This document shows positions 8,797 to 18,191 of a DNA stretch of 64,000 nt, in pieces; the stretch's first letter is position 1, and every line of letters begins with the position of its first letter. Origin of the DNA: an uncultured Actinomycetota bacterium (lineage in GTDB: Bacteria; Actinomycetota; Actinomycetes; JAHEKZ01); assembly GCA_963829525.1 (NCBI GenBank), contig CAWHIJ010000003.1, positions 1,408,001 to 1,472,000 of the forward strand, read 5' to 3'. The translations under genes and the position numbers were made by a program. The notes under the pieces are model-generated. The model did no database searches, was not told where the DNA came from, and was given only the letters and a program-made list of their open reading frames with translations.

Positions 8797-9965
8797 GTGA
8801 GCAGCCCCACCGTAGGCGACGTTGTCGCCGCACTCGATGCCCTCTACCCGCCGCAGGCTGCTGAGGATTGGGACTCAGTCGGCCTGACGTGTGGGGACCG
8901 ATCCGTGCCGGTTCGCAAAGTCATGTTCGCCGTCGACCCGTTGCCGGTGGTCGTCGATGAGGCGCTCATGTGGGGCGCAGACCTGTTGGTCACGCATCAC
9001 CCTCTCCTCCTTCGACCCGACCCACAGCGTGGCCACCGACGACTGGAAAGGGTCGGTGCTGCATCGGCTGATCCGCGGCGGCTGTGCGCTGTACACCGCT
9101 CACACCAACGCTGACGTCGCCCATGACGGGGTGAACGACGCACTGGCCGAAGCCCTGGGGCTGGCCAACCCGCGGCCGCTGCGTGCTCGGCCTCAGGAGC
9201 CGGCCGACAAGCTCGTCACGTTCGTCCCGCCCGACCATGCGGACGCTGTGATCGCCGCTTTGCAGCGAGTGGGCGCCGGAACGATAGGCAACTACACGGG
9301 TTGCGCGTGGAAAGTGTCGGGCACGGGAACGTTCACGCCGGGAGAGGGCGCCAACCCGATCATCGGAAGAGTGGGGCGTACCGAGGTGACCGCAGAGGCG
9401 CGCGTCGAGATGCTCGTACCGCGGATGCTGCGATCGGCAGCCCTCGACGCCGTGCGGTCTGCGCATCCCTACGAGGAGGTGGCGGTAGACGTCATTGAGC
9501 TTTCCGCTGCCCCTAGCGGAACCGGTCTTGGGCGAGTCGGCGACCTCAATGGTTCGGTACCGCTTGCAGCATTCGCTCGACTGGTGGCGGATGCACTGCC
9601 ATCGACGCCGGCCGGAGTGCGCTTCCATGGTGACCCTGACACCGTCGTTGAACGCGTGGCCGTGTGTGGTGGTTCTGGTGACGGCTTGCTGGCTGAAGCC
9701 CTCCGTGCCGGTGTCGACGCCTTCGTTACAGCAGATCTACGTCACCATCGGGCCTCCGAAGCGCTGGCGGCTGGCGGCCCCGCGCTCGTCGATCCGGGAC
9801 ACTGGGCGAGCGAATGGCCTTGGCTTCCGGTGGCTGCCGACCGTCTCCTTCATGCGCTGGCGCGCACCCGACCCGAGCGCCGCTACGGTGGAGACACACA
9901 TCTCAACCGTGGTGACCGACCCCGTGACCGGCCACGTCCGGTCCAGTCCCGAGGAGGACCGCTGA
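8797..9965 (+). CDS. Nif3-like (DUF34) dinuclear metal-centre hexameric protein; two apparent frameshifts near 9018 and 9865
   Basis: AEDWDSVGL...LLVTHHPLLL, then HTNAD, HPYEE, VAVCGGSG, ADLRHH, HWASEWPWL in a second frame, then VETHISTVVTDP...stop 9965 in a third frame. Confidence 0.88.
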
Positions 9966-10706
9966 AGGCATCACCGGCAGAACAAGCCCGACTGCTCGAC
10001 CTGCAGGCGATCGACCAGACGCTGGCGCACCTCGAGCACCGACGCCGCAACCTGCCTGAGGTTGCCGAGCTGAGAGATCTCGCAACGCAGCAGCAGTCGG
10101 TGCATTCTCAGCTGGTGGCTGCCCAGACCGAAGCCAGCGACATCGCGCGTGAGCAGGACAAGCTCGAGTCTGACATCGATCAGGTACGTCAGCGGATGAC
10201 ACGCGACCAGCAGCGTCTGGAATCGGGCGCGATCACCTCGGCCAAGGACCTGGAGAGCCTTCAGCACGAAGTGGGTTCACTACATAAGCGCCAGCGGGAC
10301 CTCGAGGACGTTGAGTTGGAAGTGATGGAGCGACTCGAGGAAGCTGAGAAGAAGGCCACAGCGCTCGGCGAAGAGCAGACGCGCCTGGCCGCCGCCGTCG
10401 AAGACACCGAGCGACGACGCGTGGCAGCACACGCCGCCATCGACAAGGACGTGGAGTTTCGCTCAGCGACAGCGGGCAACCGTGGTGCCCGATATTGGCG
10501 CAGAGCTACTCGCCTACTACGAGAAGCTCCGGGGACAGCTCGACGGCATCGCTGCGGTCTCGATCAAGCAGCGACGGTGTGACGGGTGCCGCCTGGACCT
10601 GTCAGCCACAGACGTCGACCGAATCCGCGCTGCGGCTGAAGACGAGATCATTCGCTGCGAGGAGTGCCGGCGGATCCAGGTGCGCACCGCAGAATCTGGG
10701 CTCTGA
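9962..10706 (+). CDS. Coiled-coil C4-type zinc-ribbon protein (CT398/Rv2229c-like); probable CTG start and one frameshift near 10468
   Basis: (L)KASPAEQARLLDLQAID, long coiled coil, then ELLAYYEKLR...CDGCRLDL...CEECRRI in the next frame; SD GAGGAGG before CTG at 9962. Confidence 0.85.
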
Positions 10707-10709
10707 GTC

Positions 10710-11807
10710 ATGGGGCGTCGCCTGATCGTCGAGGCGGATGGCGGATCCCGGGGCAACCCAGGGCCCGCTGCCTACGGGACCGTCGTCAAGGATGCCGACT
10801 CCGGTGCCGTGCTCTTCGAAGAAGGCAGGACAATCGGTATCGCGACCAACAATGTGGCCGAGTACGACGGTCTCGTCGCCGGTTTGCGTGCTGCCGCTGA
10901 TATCGACGCTACCGCCACCGTCGAGGCCCGTTTGGACTCAAAACTCGTCGTCGAGCAGATGAGCGGACGCTGGAAGATCAAGCATGAGGACATGCGAGCC
11001 CGCGCCATGGAGGCCCGGGAGGCCTTCCCCTACGCATCAGTCAAGTACACCTGGGTACCCCGTGCACAGAACGGCCACGCAGACCGGTTGGTGAACGAGG
11101 CCCTCGACGGGCGAGTCAGCCAGGCACCGACGGCTGAGCCGGAGCCCGCGCGCCCCAACGTGTTGGTGGGGTGGTCGTCGGCGCACCCCGTCGTCACCAC
11201 GATGGCACTGCTGCGACACGGCGAGACGCCGCATACCGCCGAGAAGCGCTTCAGCGGTTGGGGTGGTGACGACCCCGCCTTGAACGCCGCGGGCATCGAG
11301 CAGGCGCACCGTGCAGGACGTCACCTGGCGGCGTCGGAGGGTGCTGATCTGATCGTCACCTCGCCGATGACCCGTACTCGACAGACAGCCGATGTGGTCG
11401 CCGAGCACCTCGGCGTCGACATTGTCGTCGAAGACGACATCCGGGAGTGCGCCTTTGGCGATTGGGACGGCATGACCTTTGCGGAGGTTCAACAGCAGTC
11501 ACCAGAGGAGCTGAGGCGCTGGCTGGCGTCGACCGCGGTGGCGCCGCCAGGGGGAGAGTCGTTCGAACAGGTGGAGGAGCGCGTCCGGTCAGCGCGTGAC
11601 CGCATCATCGAGCGCTACGAGGGTTCAACGCTGGTGCTCGTGACGCACGTGACGCCACTCAAGACGCTGCTGCGGCTGGCATTGGATGCCCCGTCACACG
11701 CCTACTACCGGCTGGAGATTCGTCCGGCCTCGCTGTCAACAATCAGCTGGTATGGCGACGGGAACGTCTCGGTACGCAGTATCAACGAAACTCCTCACCT
11801 CGGCTGA
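10710..11807 (+). CDS. Bifunctional RNase HI / histidine (acid) phosphatase (Rv2228c-like)
   Basis: EADGGSRGNPGPA, TNNVAEY, DSKLVVEQM (RNase H) plus LLRHGET, SPMTRTRQTA, VTHVTP (phosphatase). Confidence 0.95.
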   Translation: MGRRLIVEADGGSRGNPGPAAYGTVVKDADSGAVLFEEGRTIGIATNNVAEYDGLVAGLRAAADIDATATVEARLDSKLVVEQMSGRWKIKHEDMRARAMEAREAFPYASVKYTWVPRAQNGHADRLVNEALDGRVSQAPTAEPEPARPNVLVGWSSAHPVVTTMALLRHGETPHTAEKRFSGWGGDDPALNAAGIEQAHRAGRHLAASEGADLIVTSPMTRTRQTADVVAEHLGVDIVVEDDIRECAFGDWDGMTFAEVQQQSPEELRRWLASTAVAPPGGESFEQVEERVRSARDRIIERYEGSTLVLVTHVTPLKTLLRLALDAPSHAYYRLEIRPASLSTISWYGDGNVSVRSINETPHLG

Positions 11808-11811
11808 GGCG

Positions 11812-12597
11812 TCAGAGCTCGTCGACGACGATGTCGAGTGCCCACGGCTTCCCAGGTCGACCGGCGCGCAGCTCGGCGATGACGCCCCGGGACTCGATGA
11901 GCGCCGCGAGATCTTCGACAGTCTGGGGTGTCTTCTCTTGCGACGCCAAGGCGCGCACGAGTCGCCCCTTGGTGGCCTTGTTGTGATGACTGACGACAGC
12001 TCGGGATCCGTCTGGGCGCTCCTGAAGGACTCGGGCGACTACCGTCCGCTCGGCAAGTTCGGCGTTCGGGGACCACATCTTGGCGTAGGTGCCAGACCTC
12101 AGGTCGAGCACCACGCCATCGCCGGCAGCCTCGGGGATGACGGTGGCAAGCGGCTTGCGCCAAGCAGCTGCGACCGAGCCGAGCCGAGGCAGCGTCACAT
12201 CACCGGATAGCCGGTAGGTCGAAATCGCGTCGTTGAGATGAACGGCCCCCCAAAGTCCGGAGAAGACCAGCACCCACTGATCGACCCGACGACGGGCTGC
12301 GACGGTCAGCGTGGGGTAGTCGAGGGCTGCGTAGAGGACCCCGGTGTAGACCTGCGATGCCGGGACGGCCATCGCGGCGAGCAGCTCGCGGTTCCGGTCG
12401 ATTTCGTCGGTCTGTCGAGGCGTGAGCCCCAACACCTCGCGGGCTCGGGATTGGCGTCCGGCCGACAGTCTGACGACCGCTGCGCGGATCCGCTCACGTG
12501 TCGGCGTCAGCTCTGGGAAGGAAAGCGCGCCGATGTCGAAGGGCTGGCCCCCGGTTGTCGGAGCCTTGCCCTCGGAGGGTGGTAGCAGGATGAGCAC
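11812..12597 (-). CDS. yaaA: Peroxide stress protein YaaA (DUF328)
   Basis: MLILLPPSEGK, YTGVLYAALD, SGLWG, YRL, DLRSGTY, VVSHHNKATKGRL. Confidence 0.9.
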   Translation of the reverse strand: MLILLPPSEGKAPTTGGQPFDIGALSFPELTPTRERIRAAVVRLSAGRQSRAREVLGLTPRQTDEIDRNRELLAAMAVPASQVYTGVLYAALDYPTLTVAARRRVDQWVLVFSGLWGAVHLNDAISTYRLSGDVTLPRLGSVAAAWRKPLATVIPEAAGDGVVLDLRSGTYAKMWSPNAELAERTVVARVLQERPDGSRAVVSHHNKATKGRLVRALASQEKTPQTVEDLAALIESRGVIAELRAGRPGKPWALDIVVDEL

Positions 12598-12653
12598 GAG
12601 CGATCACTCTAGGGAGTGTGCGGTCAGTCCGCGCCTCGGCGTACTCTGTGCGA

Positions 12654-13055
12654 GCGAGCGAGTTGGCCGGGCGGCCGCGGTCGGCGGGAAACCGTCGATC
12701 GAGGAAAGTCCGGGCTCCACAGGGCAAGGTGGTGGGTAACGCCCACCCGGGGCGACCCGCGGGACAGTGCCACAGAAAACAGACCGCCGTCCGGTCCGCC
12801 GGACGGTAAGGGTGAAACGGTGGTGTAAGAGACCACCAGCGCGGCAGGTGACTGCAGCGGCTCGGTAAACCCCACCTGGAGCAAGGTCAAGAGGCGCCGG
12901 TTTTGGCCGGTGCTGCGCAGGCGTTCGAGGACGGCCCGTCCGAGCCTGCGGGTAGACCGCATGAGGTCGTCGGCAACGGCGGCCCCAGATGGATGGTCGC
13001 CCCGTGTGCCGAAAGGTGCACGGACAGAACCCGGCTTACAGGCCAACTCGCTCGC
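12654..13055 (+). ncRNA. rnpB: RNase P RNA, bacterial class A
   Basis: GAGGAAAGTCCGGGCTCC, AGTGCCACAGAAAA, GGTAAACCCCACCTGGAGCAAG, ACAGAACCCGGCTTA; terminal helix GCGAGCGAGTTGGCC / GGCCAACTCGCTCGC. Confidence 0.98.
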
Positions 13056-13126
13056 CTTAGGGCGGCCCTGGGACCAGAGCGTTCAGGCGCACAAGAACCT
13101 CCCAGGTGGAGACTCTCCGCGTACCC

Positions 13127-14455
13127 TCAGCGTTCAGCGGAGACCGGCTCAGGAGACGGCACCGGGTTGGGACGCTCGAGCTCGTCAGCGCTGACCGCGA
13201 CGTCGTTCTCGACACCGGAATCGGCACTCGGCGCTGCTTCGTCCTGGGCTGCTGCGTCTTGCTGGTCGAGCTGCCAGGCGCTGATCGAGCCCATGGTCGA
13301 AGCCAGGCTGAGCGCGGCGACCAGGAGACCGAGAGCGCTGATCCCACTCCAGAGAGCGGAGTCACCAAGCGCAAGAGGCATTGCATACCCGAAGAGAGCT
13401 GCGGTGACGATCCCGAGAAGCCAGAGGTCGATTGTCCGTACCTTGGCAGGTGGGGCGTCGGCGTCCTGACGGGTAGCTGGATCGCTGCCGGTCCAAAGAT
13501 CCTGCAGGACGCGGTAGCCAATCACGAAGCCGGCGATCGGAATGAACCAACCGATGAGAGACATGGAAGCGCCGTGTCGCTGGCGTGATGCCGCCGTTGC
13601 GGCGACGTGCGAGTGCGCGCGGGACACCCAGTGCAAGAAGGTCACCGTGGCGCCTGTCCACACCGCGAGGGTGATAAGGGCCGCACCGAGCGTGACGACG
13701 CTTACTGAGCCGGATGAGGTTCCGAGAACGGCGTTGAGGCCCACGAGGATCAGATTCAAGGCCGCCGTTGCCACGACCAGCAGTTGGGCCGGCCGAAGGA
13801 TTGCTGATGCCTGCCCCGCTGTTTCGGTGGCGTGGGAGTCGTTGGGAGCAGACGATTCGAGCTCGTCGCCCGTCTCGTCGGTGATTGGCTCGAGGACGTC
13901 ATCCGGGGCCGTCGCGGGCTCTACCTGATCTGTGGTGGCAGGGGAAGCACCCTGAGAAGCCGTCGCCGTCGCGACTGCAGCTCCGGTGAGCGCGGCGAGC
14001 GGGGCGGTGAGTGGGTCGACCTCCTGCGCGGCCCCGCGGATGTCGTCATCGTCAGGAGCCTCATCGCGTGGGTCAGCGCCCTGGGTGAGGGCGATCGCGG
14101 GTACGTCCAAGTCAGGGGTGGTGTCCTCAGGGACGTCCTCGGCTACTGGCTCCTCAGGGTCCAGGTCGACCGTGGCGTCGGTGGTGTCTTCGTTGGGGGA
14201 GAGCGACTGACCTTGCCTGGCGACCATCCCCGCGAGGGCGTCCAGCTGGACGCCCACGTGATCGGGTTCTTCGTCGACTGCTTCTGGGGTGATCGTCTCC
14301 GAAGTGGTGACTTGGTCCAGTTCATCCTCTGCAGGCGGGTATCCCACCCCTGCCGGCCACCCACACATGCCGCAGCGCGGCACACCGGTGAAGAGGACAG
14401 CGGTGCAACGGTGACAGGCAGGGCTCGAAGAGGCCGCAGGCTTACGTGTGCGCAT
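13127..14455 (-). CDS. DUF4328 membrane protein with N-terminal zinc ribbon and long acidic linker
   Basis: CHRC...CGMC, about 190-aa D/E/P/T/A-rich linker, then FLHWVSRAHSH...GWFIPIA...VLQDLW. Confidence 0.75.
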   Translation of the reverse strand: MRTRKPAASSSPACHRCTAVLFTGVPRCGMCGWPAGVGYPPAEDELDQVTTSETITPEAVDEEPDHVGVQLDALAGMVARQGQSLSPNEDTTDATVDLDPEEPVAEDVPEDTTPDLDVPAIALTQGADPRDEAPDDDDIRGAAQEVDPLTAPLAALTGAAVATATASQGASPATTDQVEPATAPDDVLEPITDETGDELESSAPNDSHATETAGQASAILRPAQLLVVATAALNLILVGLNAVLGTSSGSVSVVTLGAALITLAVWTGATVTFLHWVSRAHSHVAATAASRQRHGASMSLIGWFIPIAGFVIGYRVLQDLWTGSDPATRQDADAPPAKVRTIDLWLLGIVTAALFGYAMPLALGDSALWSGISALGLLVAALSLASTMGSISAWQLDQQDAAAQDEAAPSADSGVENDVAVSADELERPNPVPSPEPVSAER

Positions 14456-14614
14456 GATGCGGGTATCGGTCGATCTTGGCCCGGGCCTTACCCCTCGAGG
14501 CGACCGGATCTTGGCCACCACGCGCACTTGCGCGGGTAGGCACCCGCTCCAGCCTGTGGATAACGTGATCGGAGCGACTGAGGCGTCAACGATCACTGTG
14601 CTGTCTAAGTACCC

Positions 14615-15541
14615 TCAGTCTGAAGCCTGTACGAAGACCGCCAGCGAGTTTGTCTCGTGCTCAGTGGTCAGATCGGCAAGATGCAGATGTTCGAACTTGC
14701 TGGGGCTGCCGTCTCGGTGGTCGGAGGTCCAAAGCATCGAGTAGCCGAGGTCGAAGAGCGGCCGGACAATGTCAGCGTTAGTCACACCGAATCGCTCTAG
14801 GACCTGAGGCGTGTCGAACTCCATAAGTATGGTCGGCCTGGCCGCCGCGATCATGTCCATTGCACCGGGAAGGATGCGCGCCTGATAGCCCTCGACGTCG
14901 ACCTTCATGAGGTCCGGCAGGAAGCTGGTAACCCGACTGAAGTCGTCCAATCGCATCAGATCTATGACCGTCTCGCCGCCGGCGGTGTCCTCGTCCAGAG
15001 TTAGGCCCCGAACAGATGAAGGGTGCGAGAGACGAGTGTGGTCGGAGAGTCCGACGTTGCAGCAGTGCACGGCCGGGCTTCCCAGGTGCGTGTTAGCAGC
15101 GACAACCTTACGAAGCGCCTCATAGGAATTCGGGTTGATCTCGAAGGCGAACGCTGTCGATCGGGGGAAGAGAGACTTCACTACCAACGAGAAATACCCG
15201 TAAAGCGCTCCTACGTCGAAGAACACAATTGGCTCGTCGCGCAGGCGCCGTGACAGGGCGACAAACGAAGCGACTAGAGCTGGTTCGTGAATCTTGCCTT
15301 TGCGGTGCTTCGCCCGCACCCACTTCTTGGCCCCCTCTCGGCCCCGTCCGCCGGCGTCATTGGGGAAGATAATGCGCTTTCCGTCTTTCAGCTGCAACCG
15401 GGCACGGTGCCGATTGGTGTTGAACGTGTAGTTAAGGTCTTCCAATTCGCGGCTGAATTCATCGGCCAGTTGGCTGATTGTGCAGTCGAGTCTCACTGGT
15501 CGCTCCAAACCGAGTAGAGGAATGCATCGACAGTCTCCCAC
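14615..15541 (-). CDS. FkbM-family SAM-dependent methyltransferase
   Basis: FFDVGALYGYFS, FAFEINP, LMRLDD, PDLMKVDVEGYQ; start codon uncertain. Confidence 0.88.
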   Translation of the reverse strand: MGDCRCIPLLGLERPVRLDCTISQLADEFSRELEDLNYTFNTNRHRARLQLKDGKRIIFPNDAGGRGREGAKKWVRAKHRKGKIHEPALVASFVALSRRLRDEPIVFFDVGALYGYFSLVVKSLFPRSTAFAFEINPNSYEALRKVVAANTHLGSPAVHCCNVGLSDHTRLSHPSSVRGLTLDEDTAGGETVIDLMRLDDFSRVTSFLPDLMKVDVEGYQARILPGAMDMIAAARPTILMEFDTPQVLERFGVTNADIVRPLFDLGYSMLWTSDHRDGSPSKFEHLHLADLTTEHETNSLAVFVQASD

Positions 15542-15634
15542 CTACGCCGCTACCTGTCTCTGACCTCCCTTCTGCTAATCAGTCATCTGGGAGTCAGCTA
15601 AGGGTGTGTAGCCGACTGCATGGTTTCGCTCACG

Positions 15635-16484
15635 TCAGGGAAGGGTGAGAATCTCTGCGCCAGAGTCGGTGACCAAGAGGGTGTGCTCGAACTGGGCGGT
15701 CCGCTTGCGATCGGCGGTCACGACGGTCCAGCCATCGTCCCAGATGTCGTACGCGATGCTGCCGAGCGTCAGCATCGGTTCGATCGTGAAGGTCATGCCC
15801 GACTCCATCATGGTGTCGTAACCAGGGTGGTCATAGTGGGGGATGACCAAGCCAGAGTGAAAGGACGTGCCAATGCCGTGTCCCGTGAAATCGCGAACAA
15901 CGCCGTAGCCGAAGCGCTTTGCATACGCCTCGATAACGCGTCCGATCACATTCACCGGCCGTCCCGGTGCCACAGACTTGATACCGCGCATCATGGCTGA
16001 TTCGGTGCGCTCGACCAACAGACGGGACTCCTCGTCGACGTCCCCCACCAGATACGTCGCGTCGGTGTCGCCGTGGACCCCACCGATGTAGGCAGTGATG
16101 TCGATATTGACGATGTCACCGTCATTGAGCTCGGTGCTGTCGGGGATTCCGTGGCAGATGACCTCGTTGACGGAGGTGCAGAGAGACTTCGGGAAGTTCT
16201 TGTAGCCGAGAGTCGACGGGTAGGCGCCGTGGTCACAGAGGTACTCGTGTCCGATCCGGTCCAGCTCGTCGGTGGTCACCCCCGGGGCGACCGCGCGTCC
16301 CACTTCTTGCAGTGCTCGGGCGGCCAGACCTCCCTGCCACCCGCATGAGCTCGATCGTCTCAGCGTCCTTCACCTCGGGACCGGTGAAGGGTCGCGGCTG
16401 TGGGCGGTCCACGTACTCTGGCCGAGAGATGTGGCCGGGGACCATCCGTCGAGGTGAGACTCGACCGGGCGACAGAAGCGACAT
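15635..16484 (-). CDS. map: Methionine aminopeptidase type I; one apparent frameshift near 16328
   Basis: [47 protein letters not shown]; N-terminus [13 protein letters not shown]...MRVAGR lies in the adjacent frame. Confidence 0.92.
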
Positions 16485-16520
16485 GATGAGATCAGTCTAG
16501 GTGGCTCAACGAGGAGGTGC

Positions 16521-16721
16521 GTGATGACGGCCGGTGAAGCCCAGCGGTACTGGTGGTGCCTGGATCACCACACGGTGGAGACGAATGAGGGTTGTGCCAA
16601 CTCTGTGCGACTCGGGCCGTTCGACGACTTCGCGACCGCTGCGGATGCGCTGGAGATCGCTCGTCGGCGTACCGAGGCTTGGGACAGCGATCCGAAGTGG
16701 AACGACGAGGCCAAGGGCTGA
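16521..16721 (+). CDS. Small conserved actinobacterial hypothetical protein
   Basis: YWWCLDHHTVE...GC...RLGPF...ALEIARRRTEAWD; SD GAGGAGG; divergent from map. Confidence 0.8.
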   Translation: MMTAGEAQRYWWCLDHHTVETNEGCANSVRLGPFDDFATAADALEIARRRTEAWDSDPKWNDEAKG

Positions 16722-16735
16722 GGAGACCTCGAGAG

Positions 16736-16777
16736 CGTTGAAGGCCCCGACACCTTCGAGTGTCGGGGCCTTCAACG
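16736..16777. terminator. Perfect 18-bp inverted repeat between convergent genes
   Basis: CGTTGAAGGCCCCGACAC-CTTCGA-GTGTCGGGGCCTTCAACG. Confidence 0.85.
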
Positions 16778-16789
16778 GTTGTGCGTGGG

Positions 16790-17308
16790 TCAGCGCTTGC
16801 GCGCCGTCCGCTTGGTTGCCTTCTTGGCAGTCCGCTTGGCGGGTGCCCGCTTGGCAGGTGCCCTCTTGGCGGTCTTCCTGGTTGCCTTCTTGGCAGTCCG
16901 CTTGGCGGGTGCCTTCTTGGCGGTCTTCCTGGTTGCCTTCTTGGCAGTCCGCTTGGCGGGTGCCTTCTTGGCGGTCTTCCTGGTTGCCTTCTTGGCAGTC
17001 CGCTTGGCGGGTGCCTTCTTGGCGGTCTTCCTGGTTGCCTTCTTGGCAGTCCGCTTGGCGGGTGCCTTCTTGGCGGTCTTCCTGGTTGCCTTCTTGGCAG
17101 TCCGCTTGGCGGGTGCCTTCTTGGCGGTCTTCCTGGTTGCCTTCTTGGCAGTCCGCTTCGCTGGTGCCTTCTTGGCGGTGCGCTTGGCGGTTGCCTTCTT
17201 CGTCGTGCGCTTTGCAGCGGCCCTCTTCGCGGTCGACTTCTTGGTCGTCCGCTTGGCAGCAGTTGAACGCTTTGCTGCCCGCTTGGCCGTGGTGGACTTG
17301 GCAGCCAC
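16790..17308 (-). CDS. Histone H1-like Lys/Ala/Arg/Thr-rich basic protein (172 aa)
   Basis: SD CAGGAGG before GTG at 17308; sequence is almost entirely AKK/PAKR repeats, with no acidic or aromatic residues. Confidence 0.8.
   Translation of the reverse strand: MAAKSTTAKRAAKRSTAAKRTTKKSTAKRAAAKRTTKKATAKRTAKKAPAKRTAKKATRKTAKKAPAKRTAKKATRKTAKKAPAKRTAKKATRKTAKKAPAKRTAKKATRKTAKKAPAKRTAKKATRKTAKKAPAKRTAKKATRKTAKRAPAKRAPAKRTAKKATKRTARKR
16871..17176 (-). repeat. Six tandem copies of a 51-bp coding repeat (AKKAPAKRTAKKATRKT)
   Basis: Unit GGTCTTCCTGGTTGCCTTCTTGGCAGTCCGCTTGGCGGGTGCCTTCTTGGC repeated head to tail; five identical copies and one with synonymous changes. Confidence 0.95.
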
Positions 17309-17529
17309 CTGTGCCTCCTGACGCGTCAGTGTCCGGCCCCTTCGCCGAACGCTTTGGTTGCACAATCCCACCGTCACAGTCGTGACGCCAGCACCGTGCA
17401 TGCAATTGTCCGTTCGTGTCGCGAACGTTGCGACGCACATTCTGTCGGCAACTGCACGATTGCGCGACCCCTACACGCACTTATCTCTGACATCTATGCA
17501 TGAGAGCAACCATTCGTTCAATGCGAATG

Positions 17530-18156
17530 TCACGAGATACGTGGGCCTGCGATGTGCTCGAGAAGCTTCGCCATTCGCTCACGCACCGATGTTGACGAGG
17601 GTGAATGTGCGGCTTCGCCTGCAGCGACACTGACCAAGTGCTGCACACTGTCGAACGAGACGACGTCCAGTTCAGGAACCGCGAGCGCTGTCTCTGCCGC
17701 GGCTGGGACGATGAGGGACTCATGAGCGACACCGTGCAGCTCGTCGTCTCCTGCGTCGAGCGAAAGAACCGTTGCACCCATCTTGCGAGCGTCCCACGCG
17801 CGCTCGAGAAGCATTTCTGGAGCTGACTCCTCGCTGACGACGAAGACTGTCTCGCCTTTACGAGCGGCTTCGAGACGCTCCAATGTCACAGACAGATGAG
17901 AGGGTGCGCCTGGTGGCACCTGGTAACGAACCAGTGTGGGGCTGAGTTGTGGAGTACCTGACAGACGAGACTCGTCATCGAGGTGCGCGGCGAGGTGCCA
18001 TGGCTCAGCCTCCGGGGTCCCGACGAGGAGCAGGCCCCCTGGTTCGGTTGTACGCCGCCGGATGGTTCGCGCGAATCCTTGTGTGCGCTCAACCCATCCG
18101 GAGGACGCGAGCATTTCGCGCAGCACCATCACTCGACTGACATCCACGCCCCCCAT
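17530..18156 (-). CDS. Conserved actinobacterial hypothetical protein (possibly SIS-like)
   Basis: GGLLLVGTPEAEPWHLAAHLDDE, PTLVR, HLSVTLERL, FDSVQHLVS; divergent from npdG. Confidence 0.75.
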   Translation of the reverse strand: MGGVDVSRVMVLREMLASSGWVERTQGFARTIRRRTTEPGGLLLVGTPEAEPWHLAAHLDDESRLSGTPQLSPTLVRYQVPPGAPSHLSVTLERLEAARKGETVFVVSEESAPEMLLERAWDARKMGATVLSLDAGDDELHGVAHESLIVPAAAETALAVPELDVVSFDSVQHLVSVAAGEAAHSPSSTSVRERMAKLLEHIAGPRIS

Positions 18157-18191
18157 CGTGCCTCAGGATGCCGGGTGCAACCATGCAGGTC

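Noticed and set aside
8891-10582. 563-aa ORF suggesting a novel Nif3 / coiled-coil fusion
   Set aside because: Produced by frameshifts; the proper Nif3 C-terminus and the SD and start of the next gene are visible in other frames
12616-13046. Short ORFs over 12.6-13.05 kb
   Set aside because: They overlap the RNase P RNA gene
16871-17176. Regular repeats resembling a CRISPR array
   Set aside because: Head-to-tail 51-bp units with no unique spacers, in-frame coding, and no cas genes
16534-17385. Plus-strand repetitive ORFs (283, 168 and 180 aa)
   Set aside because: Antisense shadows of the H1-like repeat gene; the SD and terminator support the minus-strand frame
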